Source: an uncultured Leptospira sp. | GTDB taxonomy: Bacteria > Spirochaetota > UBA4802 > UB4802 | DNA length: 64,000 nucleotides | Direction: 5' to 3' | NCBI GenBank assembly: GCA_964509195.1 | Contig: CAZDWJ010000008.1 | Location: 61,190 to 125,189, forward strand | Shown: one piece after another, positions 37,854 to 47,005 of the stretch | Layout: the number at the start of each line of letters is the position of its first letter | How positions within the stretch are numbered: the stretch's first letter is position 1 | The notes under the pieces: generated by a model | What the model saw: only the letters and a program-made list of their open reading frames with translations | Database searches by the model: none | What the model was told of the DNA's origin: nothing | Made by a program: the position numbers and the translations under genes

Positions 37854-40700
37854 GTGTATGGGAAACTATCTATTCTATTTTTGATACTTTTTTTTAATGT
37901 TGGGTATGCGATAGCAGCCACGTTCAATGTACTCATCTATCCAACGCCACTAGTATACATACACAATCAATCATATTTTCAGAGAATCATTATACAGGCT
38001 CATCAAGAGTTTGAAGGTGAAATTGTTGCCTGGATGGATGGTGTCAGCACAAAGAAGATAGTTACTACTCCAACAACTAATACAGCTATCGACTGTAAAA
38101 GAAATAGTATCAACTCGCCATCACAATTGAAAATTACTATAAGAAGGAATGATTCTATAGTTGCACAAAAAATCCTGTCAATACCTCCGGTAAAGGAATG
38201 GAAAATCTACTGTGTGCCCTTTGCGCACGTAGACATAGGTTTTACACAATCACAAAAGAATGTCCGCATTCAGAATCTGCGCAATATCGATACACATCTT
38301 TCCTTGTGCCAAAAGACAAAAAACTATCCGCCCGGCTCTCGATTTAAGCTTTTTACGGAAGTGAGCTGGCCTATTATTGAATACCTCAATGACCCGGCAA
38401 CACCTCACAGCAACAAGAATACACTTATTAAAGCATTGAAAAATGGTGATGTTGAGCTGGGTGCTTTTGTCATTTCTCATCAAAATAGGTTTATGAGTAC
38501 TTATGCACTTTTATCATCAGTGCGGCATACACTTACTATCGCACAAAAATACAACGTTGCCGTGAAAACTGCATGTATTCATGATGTCATGGATTTTTCC
38601 AAATTGCCAAAAGTCCTATATGCCAATAATATACCATACTGCCTGATTGGCCCCAATGACTCACGATATATAGTGCCGCCCCTTTTTTATCTAGCATCAC
38701 CTGATGGAAGCGCAAAGGTGCTGGCGTGGCATACCGTTGGGCTTAACGGGTATGGCGAAAATTTTGATTTGAATATGCGTCTTACATTGCCCTTCAAAGA
38801 CGATGATTTTAGCATAATGGAAACCAGCGTTGCACAGCATTTGGCGCAACTTGAAAAAGGATATCCCACAGAAGAAATTTCACGGTATTATGATTATGCA
38901 AACAAACAGTGGAACTATCCCTATGATGCATATCTTTTACCGTATTATCCGTCCCAGGGTGGCGACAATCAGCCTCAGACGATTGTACCTTCAGAAATTG
39001 CAAAGAGATGGAATGCAAAATTTATTAATCCAAAGATAGTCATTGCAACGCCTGCGGATTTCTTTGATTATGTATCAGCTGCGTATGGCGCACAGATTCC
39101 GATTATAAAAGGGGAATTGCCGCCATTCTGGGGTGAACAGATATATTTAGATTTTATTCAGGTTGATCCGCAGCGATTATCAATTAACTACTGGTATGAT
39201 TATGCACACCATTCACGCGGGATACATATGGTACAATCGCTACTTCTTGGTAAGCCTGTTGATATTACATCGTATAGTACACAAAGTCTTGAAGGGTACA
39301 TGGCAATCATACTTAATAATGACCACAATCCCAGACCTGTGCCATTCGGGAAAACGCATTACACAAAGCAGGATGTTCAAGACTGGATGGACACACGCAA
39401 TCAGTGGGTATATGCGCCTTTGAATGTTATGAAGGATGCAAAAGATGTACAGCAAAGCCGTAAGGAAGATGCTTTGTGGACGCTGGTGAACACACAAACA
39501 AATCCTCTAATTCTTGAAAATGCATTCTACCGTATTGCATTTGATAAAACGAAAGGCTGTATTACCAGTATTTTTGATGCACAGCTACAAAAGGAATTGG
39601 TAAACACACAGCACCGCTACGGCTTTAATCAATACGTTATAGGGGTACGGGGTGAAAACACTGGGAAGCGCAATTATTTTGACACCCAGGAAGGATTCAA
39701 ACGCGTCATATCCACGGTATATACAAATCCCAACAACGATTACAAAATAATTGTTAAAGGGTCAGAGCGTTCCTATTACAAGGGTATGGAATTGCTCTCT
39801 GAATTTTTGCATAAAGCATTTGGCATAAAGTTACCACCAACTTTGTTGAAAGTAGCGTATTTTTTCTATCAGCTGTTTACACCATCACTGTCGCTTACAC
39901 AGGAGATTATCATACCTGCTAATGAAAAGCGAATTGATTGTATACAACATTTTGAAGGTACTGCACCTCAAATAGCGGAACATTACTTTGCCTATCCTTT
40001 GGTTTTTGATGAGCTATCGTATGATTCTGGCTTTACGGTTGTAAAATGGAAGAGTCAAGACAATAGCGGTGACCTTATCCCAGCCGCTAAAAATACTGCA
40101 CCATTTAGAAGCATTAACGATACGCTGTATCCATTTCAGTGGATGTACGCAATCCCAACTTCTTTGTATTGTGATGGGTTTGTGTTGCAAAAAGACCGTT
40201 CACACTATGCATTATTTATCACACACAATAGCAAGGCGATAGTTCCAGATAATGATTCAAGTGCATTTTATCACTGTTGCATTGGATGGTCGTTGTGGGG
40301 TACTTTAGGGCTGGGACGCAATTTGCCAGATACTATCGCATTTAAAAGCACTTTTACAAGCTTTACGGCACACACAAAGAATGAAGCGATAGCAACTGCG
40401 TACAAACTTACATTTGATATATCAGGCCACACGAATCAATCGGCTGTAGAGTCACGTAATAGTAATGTGCGTGTTGTATATCTTCAACCTCTTTCAGAAA
40501 AAAGGATTGTTGTTGGTGTTTATGAGCTATCAGGCACGATGCAGTTTACTGAGCTTGTGATAAACACAAAACGTAGGATACTCAAGGCATATCATTCAGA
40601 CATTAATGGAAAAAAAATCAAAGCGCTGCAATTATCAGGAACTTCATTACCATTGAGTCTACATCCACATCAACTATCGTTTATAACATTTGAATTATAA
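37854..40700 (+). CDS. secreted GH38-like glycoside hydrolase (alpha-mannosidase family, tentative)
   Basis: 948 aa. It starts at a GTG after a GGAGG SD and has a signal peptide (LSILFLILFFNVGYAIA). The N-terminal metal-site-like CVPFAHVDIGFT recalls the GH38 H-x-D motif. The family assignment is made by eye only. Confidence 0.45.
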   Translation: MYGKLSILFLILFFNVGYAIAATFNVLIYPTPLVYIHNQSYFQRIIIQAHQEFEGEIVAWMDGVSTKKIVTTPTTNTAIDCKRNSINSPSQLKITIRRNDSIVAQKILSIPPVKEWKIYCVPFAHVDIGFTQSQKNVRIQNLRNIDTHLSLCQKTKNYPPGSRFKLFTEVSWPIIEYLNDPATPHSNKNTLIKALKNGDVELGAFVISHQNRFMSTYALLSSVRHTLTIAQKYNVAVKTACIHDVMDFSKLPKVLYANNIPYCLIGPNDSRYIVPPLFYLASPDGSAKVLAWHTVGLNGYGENFDLNMRLTLPFKDDDFSIMETSVAQHLAQLEKGYPTEEISRYYDYANKQWNYPYDAYLLPYYPSQGGDNQPQTIVPSEIAKRWNAKFINPKIVIATPADFFDYVSAAYGAQIPIIKGELPPFWGEQIYLDFIQVDPQRLSINYWYDYAHHSRGIHMVQSLLLGKPVDITSYSTQSLEGYMAIILNNDHNPRPVPFGKTHYTKQDVQDWMDTRNQWVYAPLNVMKDAKDVQQSRKEDALWTLVNTQTNPLILENAFYRIAFDKTKGCITSIFDAQLQKELVNTQHRYGFNQYVIGVRGENTGKRNYFDTQEGFKRVISTVYTNPNNDYKIIVKGSERSYYKGMELLSEFLHKAFGIKLPPTLLKVAYFFYQLFTPSLSLTQEIIIPANEKRIDCIQHFEGTAPQIAEHYFAYPLVFDELSYDSGFTVVKWKSQDNSGDLIPAAKNTAPFRSINDTLYPFQWMYAIPTSLYCDGFVLQKDRSHYALFITHNSKAIVPDNDSSAFYHCCIGWSLWGTLGLGRNLPDTIAFKSTFTSFTAHTKNEAIATAYKLTFDISGHTNQSAVESRNSNVRVVYLQPLSEKRIVVGVYELSGTMQFTELVINTKRRILKAYHSDINGKKIKALQLSGTSLPLSLHPHQLSFITFEL

Positions 40701-40714
40701 AAGGAGGAAAACGT

Positions 40715-41419
40715 ATGGCACCAGCATATTCGCATGACGAAATTATAAAACTTTGTGAGCGATTGGAGAAAACCTACACGCCAGCAGTGTGTGATACGCT
40801 TGATGAGATGGGCTTTATGCATCAGGCAATGTGTTCTGGATTTATGCCCATTATGCCACGCGCTGCTGTTGCAGGGCCTGCATTTACAATGGAAGAAGCA
40901 AAGACACGCAAAAGCACACGATTAAAAGAGTATGATCCGGAATTTGTTGCCAAGGTGCTTGAGGATCTGTTTGGCACCATGCAAAAGGGGCAGGTGGTAG
41001 CAGTGAATACTAATGAATTTTACGGTGCAGGTGCGTGGGGTGAGCTTATGTCAACGACGTGCAAATTTTTTGGCGGCGTAAAAGGCGCTGTGGTTGATGG
41101 GCCAATTCGGGATATTAATCGCATTCTGGAAATTGAGTTTCCTGTGTGGGCACGCGGTAATATCCCCACCGATTCAATAGGAAGGGTTGATCTTGTTGGC
41201 ATTGGTGGTCCTATATGGTGTGGTGGCGTGCGGGTAAATCCCGGTGACATTATTTTTGCCGACTGTGATGGAGTGGTAGTTATTCCAATGAAGGATGTTG
41301 ATTTAAAAGAAGTGGTTGAAAAAGCAGAAGAGGTGGTGCAGGCAGAACGGCGTTCACGCCAGGAGATACGGCAGGGCAAGTCATTGCTTGATGTGTACCG
41401 CAAATATGGAAAGCTGTAA
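40715..41419 (+). CDS. RraA family protein (class II pyruvate aldolase / oxaloacetate decarboxylase-like)
   Basis: 234 aa. It reads GQVVAVNT...GAGAWGELMSTTCKFFGGVKGAVVDGPIRDINRILEIEFPVWARGNIP, the classic RraA/HMG-CHA aldolase core. It has an AGGAGG SD. Confidence 0.8.
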   Translation: MAPAYSHDEIIKLCERLEKTYTPAVCDTLDEMGFMHQAMCSGFMPIMPRAAVAGPAFTMEEAKTRKSTRLKEYDPEFVAKVLEDLFGTMQKGQVVAVNTNEFYGAGAWGELMSTTCKFFGGVKGAVVDGPIRDINRILEIEFPVWARGNIPTDSIGRVDLVGIGGPIWCGGVRVNPGDIIFADCDGVVVIPMKDVDLKEVVEKAEEVVQAERRSRQEIRQGKSLLDVYRKYGKL

Positions 41420-41433
41420 TGTGAGGAAAGGAT

Positions 41434-42405
41434 ATGAAAACAATAGTTGTAACGGGATGTTCAGGGTATCTGGGGCAGCATGTAGTGCAAACGTTACTAC
41501 AGGAACAATATGCAGTCACCGGCATTGATATAAAAGAATCACCGGCACAGGGTCAGAGCAATTTTACGTTTGTCAAAGGCGATATTGTTGATTCTGAATT
41601 TGTGATGAATGCCTGTAAAAATGCTAATGCCGTAGTCCATTGTGCTGCTGCGCTTGCGCAATTTGTCAAAGATGCACAACGCATGCATGATATAAATGTA
41701 ATTGGTACAAAGAATATCATTGGAGCGTGTAAAAAACATGCCATAAAACAATTAGTATTTATCTCATCGGTTGAAGTGTATGGTATTGATGTGCCCGTTC
41801 CCTGTCCTGAGGATGCACCTTTGCGCCCTGTATGTCCATACGGCGAACACAAGGTTGAAGGGGAGCGGATGTGTGCAGAATTAGCCGGGAAAGGCTGTGG
41901 TGTTGCAATCCTCAGACCACCAACAATTAACGGACCCGGGCAAAACGAGCCTTTCCTTGTTGAACAGATGAAAGCTATAAAACAAGGAAAGCCAGTAATT
42001 CTTCCAGGTGGAGGAAAAACACGATTGCAGATGGTGGATGTCCGCGATGTTGCTCAGGCAGTGCTGCTGTCACTCAAAAAAGTTAGCAAAGGAGTACTCA
42101 TTGCAAATATTGCTAGCGATAATGTGCCTACCATCCGCCAGATGGTAAAAGCTCTGTTTAATCATGCAGGAAAGAAAGAAAAGATACTATCTGTACCTGC
42201 ACCTGTAGCACGTGCTATTGTCAAAACCCTTTCATTGTTTGGCATATCACCGCTGGAACCACAACATCTGGAAATAGCACTGCGCGATTATGTGTTTGAT
42301 AATACACGAGCAAAGAAAGAGTTGGGATGGAAACCAACCAAAAATGACATTGAAAGCGCTATTGATGCATATGAGTGGTTTATCCACCACAATCCTTCGA
42401 CGTAG
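41434..42405 (+). CDS. NAD-dependent epimerase/dehydratase family (extended SDR) oxidoreductase
   Basis: 323 aa. It has a TGCSGYLG Rossmann motif and the catalytic YGEHK (YxxxK). Confidence 0.8.
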   Translation: MKTIVVTGCSGYLGQHVVQTLLQEQYAVTGIDIKESPAQGQSNFTFVKGDIVDSEFVMNACKNANAVVHCAAALAQFVKDAQRMHDINVIGTKNIIGACKKHAIKQLVFISSVEVYGIDVPVPCPEDAPLRPVCPYGEHKVEGERMCAELAGKGCGVAILRPPTINGPGQNEPFLVEQMKAIKQGKPVILPGGGKTRLQMVDVRDVAQAVLLSLKKVSKGVLIANIASDNVPTIRQMVKALFNHAGKKEKILSVPAPVARAIVKTLSLFGISPLEPQHLEIALRDYVFDNTRAKKELGWKPTKNDIESAIDAYEWFIHHNPST

Positions 42406-42539
42406 CATTGAAAATAATGGAATTAGCTATGAAACAGGGGGTTCCACTGCAAAAATTAGTCACTCATAAATTTAGCATTGATGAAGCTGAAGCGGCATTG
42501 CTACGAAGTGATTACATGAAAGCAGTAATTGTGCCATAA
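42405..42539 (+). pseudogene. C-terminal remnant of an MDR-family (zinc ADH / polyol dehydrogenase-like) gene
   Basis: Reads ALKIMELAMKQGVPLQKLVTHKFSIDEAEAALLRSDYMKAVIVP*. This matches only the last roughly 45 residues of MDR dehydrogenases (compare the C-terminus of the intact ADH at 20289..21482). No upstream body is present. Confidence 0.55.
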
Positions 42540-42560
42540 GTATATTGATGAGGATGAGTC

Positions 42561-43262
42561 ATGAACATTTTTTTTATATTAATTGGACAGGCAACCGTTG
42601 TTATTAACGTAAATGGGATAGTCTTTATGACCGATCCCTGGTGGGGCTCTTTTGAATTTTTGCGTGCAGTCCCATTGTCAATAAATCCAGAGGAAATATC
42701 ACCTCTGCATTATATGCTAGTTTCACATAATCACATTGATCATTGGTGTGAGAGTGCCATCAAACTGGCAAAAGAAAAGGATTGCATGGTTATAGGGTCA
42801 ACAAAATCGGTAAAACGTGCCCGTAAAAAGAGTGTTAAACAATGTAAGGCTCTGACCCCGGGCGATAGTGTTGATTGCAATGGTGTTATGGTGTATGCGG
42901 TTCCAGGATTTCATCCATTTGCAAAGGATGCAATAGGCTTTATCATACAAAAAGGTAATATTACACTGTATTTTTCGGGGGATACGCTGTACACTGAAAA
43001 TTTACTCAAGGCTCTGACCCCATACTCAGTAACTATCGCCATGATACAGGTTGCCTGTTCCACCTACCCACTGGTGGGTAAAGACGGGATGGATTTGGAG
43101 GCGGCATCACGCTTTGTTGCAGATGTAAAACCTGGGATTGTAATACCCATACACTATCAGATAAAGGGAAAGTACCTCACTTACGCGCAGTTACAAAACT
43201 GGAACGTTGATGCACAAAAAATTATTTTGCCCCATGGGAAGGAGTTTCATTTGCAAATATAA
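42561..43262 (+). CDS. MBL-fold metallo-hydrolase
   Basis: 233 aa. It has the SHNHIDH (HxHxDH) motif and a later GFHPF/GD. Confidence 0.75.
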   Translation: MNIFFILIGQATVVINVNGIVFMTDPWWGSFEFLRAVPLSINPEEISPLHYMLVSHNHIDHWCESAIKLAKEKDCMVIGSTKSVKRARKKSVKQCKALTPGDSVDCNGVMVYAVPGFHPFAKDAIGFIIQKGNITLYFSGDTLYTENLLKALTPYSVTIAMIQVACSTYPLVGKDGMDLEAASRFVADVKPGIVIPIHYQIKGKYLTYAQLQNWNVDAQKIILPHGKEFHLQI

Positions 43263-43541
43263 GGGAACTTTTAAAAAACCATTTATAAGGTTGTTCCCTT
43301 GTGGGCACAATATATAGGCAAAAACCGCTTTTTTGCTGCTAATTGTAAGGATGAAAGTGGTTTTTAGAGGTGCCCATAATTTCTGGGATTTTAGTGCAAT
43401 TGTTGTAACAAAATGAGAATAGCATGAAAATGTTATATTGATCACTACCAAAAGGAGAAACATCCAGGGTTGTAAAGACTAAATTTTCGATCGCATAATG
43501 ACCTCAAAATGACATTACAAAAAAATATTTTGGAGGAAAGT

Positions 43542-44858
43542 ATGATAGAAAAGCCACCTTCTGGTTTTAACCTCATCAAAGTGTTGGGTCCGGGGCTTGT
43601 GTGGTCGGCAAGTGCAATTGGGGTGTCAGAGCTTGTGTTTGCCACACGTTCTGGCGCGTTATTTGGATATTTGTTGTTATGGGCGCCGATTGTATCTCTT
43701 GTGATGAAGTATGCTATCTTTGAGCTGGTTGGCCGATACACCATTGCAACAGGTCAAAATGTCCTGATTGCATTTGCCCAGGTTGAAATTGATCTAAAAC
43801 TTTTCAAACTAAAAACCGGGTGGGTGATAACACTTTTCTGGATAGTGTTTATTGCAAGTGTTTCAGGAATAGCAGGTATTGCCTTGTCGGTTGGTAGCTG
43901 CATATACGGGCTTGTTCCTGCAATTTCAATGGAGATGGCAACGGTGTGTTCGATAGTAGCTGTTGGAATAATTTTGTATTTAGGAAGTTATGTAACGCTG
44001 GAAAAAATATCACGGGTGCTGGTTTTTGTAATGATACTGTTTTTAGTGTATGCATTAATCGAAACTTCTCCCAATCCAGCTGAGATGGCAGGTGGTCTGC
44101 TACCACGGGCGCCGTTTTACACGTTACGTGAGCTCATTCCGCTTTTAGGGTGGACTGGTGCAGGAGCCATAGGCGTGGTATGGTATTCATTATGGATAGA
44201 AGGCAGTAAACGTGGTAAAGGCGATAACACCATAGATACAGACGAAGACAAGCACAGGATAAAAAAATGGATAACCATTAATCAAATAGATTTAAGCATT
44301 AACACTCTCATCACCGCACTGTTAACAGTATTGTTTTTGATTGCAGGTGCAGTGATATTATACCCCAGAGGTATAGTTCCTAAAGGTGAGCAATTAGGCC
44401 TGCACATATCACAGATTGCAGGGGAGAGCTTTGGCAAAGCAGGCGAGATAATTTTTCTTGTTGGCATCTTTGGCACACTGTTTAGCACATTGCTTGCAAA
44501 TATTGATGGATTATGCCGTGTAGCATCTAACTCTGTGTGGTATAGGCGCAAAAAAGATGGCGATAGCAAGTTGCATTATTATAGACTTTTTGTTTTTGTT
44601 TACGTGATACTCACAGCTCTGTTTGCAGTGGTTTTTCCTGCCCCGGTAATACTATTGCAAATTTCTGCAATCATTGATACAGTTTTTTTGCCACTGGTTA
44701 TTGGTCTTGGTATCTACATCTGCCACACACACCTGCCAGATATCTACCGGCCGGGGAAGACACTTACCATAACTGCAATAGCATCAGCACTTTTTTTTAC
44801 TTTTTTTATTGGACTATTTTTCTGGGCTGTGATAATGAAAGTTAACTTTTCAATGTAA
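43542..44858 (+). CDS. Nramp-related (APC-fold) transporter lacking the canonical metal-binding motif
   Basis: About 438 aa and polytopic. TM1 reads LGPGLVWSASAIGVSELVFATRSGALFGYLLLW. From memory this aligns with MntH [33 protein letters not shown], but DPGN is replaced by GVSE. A GGAGG SD lies 5 nt before the ATG at 43542. Confidence 0.65.
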   Translation: MIEKPPSGFNLIKVLGPGLVWSASAIGVSELVFATRSGALFGYLLLWAPIVSLVMKYAIFELVGRYTIATGQNVLIAFAQVEIDLKLFKLKTGWVITLFWIVFIASVSGIAGIALSVGSCIYGLVPAISMEMATVCSIVAVGIILYLGSYVTLEKISRVLVFVMILFLVYALIETSPNPAEMAGGLLPRAPFYTLRELIPLLGWTGAGAIGVVWYSLWIEGSKRGKGDNTIDTDEDKHRIKKWITINQIDLSINTLITALLTVLFLIAGAVILYPRGIVPKGEQLGLHISQIAGESFGKAGEIIFLVGIFGTLFSTLLANIDGLCRVASNSVWYRRKKDGDSKLHYYRLFVFVYVILTALFAVVFPAPVILLQISAIIDTVFLPLVIGLGIYICHTHLPDIYRPGKTLTITAIASALFFTFFIGLFFWAVIMKVNFSM

Positions 44859-44868
44859 GCACGTAAGT

Positions 44869-45891
44869 ATGAATACTGTTATGTTCGATAGCTCAAAATA
44901 TTTTATCTGCTTTGGGGAAGTGCTCCTACGCATGTCACCACCAGATACTCAGCAGTTGATGCAAACAAATGTGTTTCATTCATATTTTGGTGGTGCTGAA
45001 GCCAATTGTGCAGTGTTGCTATCGCAGCTTGGATTAAAAACAAAATTAATTACTGCAATACCTGATAATGACCTTGGGAAGGCTTTAGTGCGATATTTTA
45101 GATCATTTGGTATTGCTATGGATAATGTCATAGTAGTGCAAGATGCACGAGTGGGAGTTTATTTTTATGAAAAAGGCATAGGTGTGCGTCCTTCACGATT
45201 AATATACGACCGGGGTCACAGTGCGTTTGCATTAATACAAAAAGGTGACATCAACTGGGAAGAGGTTTTGAAAGACTGTGGCTGGTTTCATACTACAGGG
45301 ATAACGCTTTCACTATCGCCGGTAATAGTTGAAGAAACACTGAAAGCATGTGACATTGTGAAGAGTACTCACGGCATTGTATCGTTTGACATTAATTATC
45401 GCTCAACATTATGGAAAGATATACAGTTAGCTAAAAGTATTATTGGCGAATTTGTAAAAAAAGTAGATGTGTTAATTGGGAATGAAGAACATATAAAGAT
45501 GCTTTTATTGTCGGAGAATGTATCACACTATTATGATATTATAGATTATCTTTTTACAAAGTTTCCCAATTTGAACAGTATATTGCTAACACATCGATAT
45601 GGTACAACCGCTTCTGAGGTTGAAATAGGAGCAGTAGCAGCAACACATGATGCTAGTACAGAATTAAAAATTAGAAAACTGCATAATGTTGTTGACCGGG
45701 TGGGTTCAGGAGACGCGATGGCAGCAGCGTTTATGTACGGATTAATGAGTAGCTACACGTTAGAATACTGTGTTGATTTTGCTATAGCAGCTGGTGGTCT
45801 GGCGCATATGATCGATGGTGATAATTTTATTGTGAGTGCTAACGATATCCTTACAGTAATGAAAGATGCAGGCTGGCAATTAATCCGGTAA
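44869..45891 (+). CDS. kdgK: PfkB-family sugar kinase, 2-dehydro-3-deoxygluconokinase-like
   Basis: 340 aa. It has the N-terminal GEVLLRMSPP and C-terminal DRVGSGDAMAAAF motifs typical of KDG kinases. Confidence 0.7.
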   Translation: MNTVMFDSSKYFICFGEVLLRMSPPDTQQLMQTNVFHSYFGGAEANCAVLLSQLGLKTKLITAIPDNDLGKALVRYFRSFGIAMDNVIVVQDARVGVYFYEKGIGVRPSRLIYDRGHSAFALIQKGDINWEEVLKDCGWFHTTGITLSLSPVIVEETLKACDIVKSTHGIVSFDINYRSTLWKDIQLAKSIIGEFVKKVDVLIGNEEHIKMLLLSENVSHYYDIIDYLFTKFPNLNSILLTHRYGTTASEVEIGAVAATHDASTELKIRKLHNVVDRVGSGDAMAAAFMYGLMSSYTLEYCVDFAIAAGGLAHMIDGDNFIVSANDILTVMKDAGWQLIR

Positions 45892-45903
45892 GTGGGGGGG
45901 GTT

Positions 45904-46814
45904 ATGGTATCAAAAAAAAGAAGATACATCATAGCTCTTGTAATCGCAGCATGCATTGTACTGGTGGTAATCTGTAAACCAGTTGATAAAGGAAAACCAT
46001 ATAATGATTACTTTGCTTCACTAAATAAAGAATTAAAAACAAGTGGGATTGCATTACCGTGTATCATAATAGATCTTGACTGAGTAGACCATAATATACA
46101 TCAAATGAACAGTTTACTGAAAGCTCCACTTAATTATCGTATAGTAACAAAATCACTGCCTTCCATAGAGTTGCTGGATTATGTGATGAAAAAAAACCAG
46201 CACTAATAAGCTCATGGAATTTCATCAACCATATCTGTCGCTTATAGTAAAAAAGTATGGTTATAACCTGGATATTCTTTTGGGTAAGCCGTTTCCCATA
46301 CAAAGCGTACAAAAATTTTATAATGATTTTCCAAAGAGTGACTATCAGCAGTTATTTGGTGAATGATATTGCAGCAGGCTCATGTGTGGTTAAACCATCT
46401 ACTTTTGATTTTTTTACTCTTGATACACATATTCCAGCACTATTTATTGCAGCTCCAATTTTGAAAAAAATTAATAGCTATGAGGTGCCATTTCTTGAAC
46501 TGTTTAACTGACTGATAGAGTGATGGGATCCAAACTGCAGGCAAACATATTATACGTATGGTGGTGGGTGGAACGAACTTATAGATTCTCCTGAAGGTGT
46601 TTTTGTAAATGCACTGACTGCAAGCCCTCCCAACGAAAATTTGCTTCCCAATCAGAGTATGCTGAATGGGTCATCGTCAACAAAACTTGAAGTGGGGGAT
46701 TTTGTCTTTTATAGGCCAAAACAGGGGGATGCGTTATTTCATTTCTGAGATATTATCGTTATTAGGAATGGTAAAATCATTGCATCGTGGAAACCATTTC
46801 CTGAAAGATTTTAA
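45904..46814 (+). pseudogene. decayed PLP-dependent alanine-racemase-fold (DSD1/D-threonine-aldolase-like) gene
   Basis: The N-terminal piece reads MVSKKRRYIIALVIAACIVLVV...LPCIIIDLD, then an in-frame TGA at 46081. Homology continues across several frames (VDHNIHQMNSLLKAPLNYRIVTKSLPSIELLDYVMKK; LMEFHQPYLSLIVKKYGYNLDILLGKPFPIQSVQKFYNDF; GDFVFYRPKQGDALFHF; GKIIASWKPFPERF*), with multiple stops and frameshifts. The family call is tentative. The disrupted state is clear. Confidence 0.6.
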
Positions 46815-47005
46815 TTTTACAATATCTTTACAGGGTCTTCATAATTTCTTTATAATTATGAGATTTGTTACAGTTAATAGTTAATTCCTATCAGTTATTG
46901 GAATACATTTTTTCAATTTCATATCTGTTGTAGTGGTATTGCTTTTAGCAGCAGCATTGGAAAGTGTATTAAAGGAATTTATAAAACAAATAATAGTAAA
47001 TTGCT

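Noticed and set aside
43263-43541. Possible Mn2+ (yybP-ykoY) riboswitch upstream of the Nramp-like gene
   Set aside because: No four-way-junction-like conserved segments are recognisable, and the transporter itself lacks the metal-binding motif.
45892-46083. 63-aa ORF as an intact small membrane protein
   Set aside because: Homology to a PLP-enzyme family continues past its TGA and through several frames to 46814. It is therefore the first fragment of a pseudogene.
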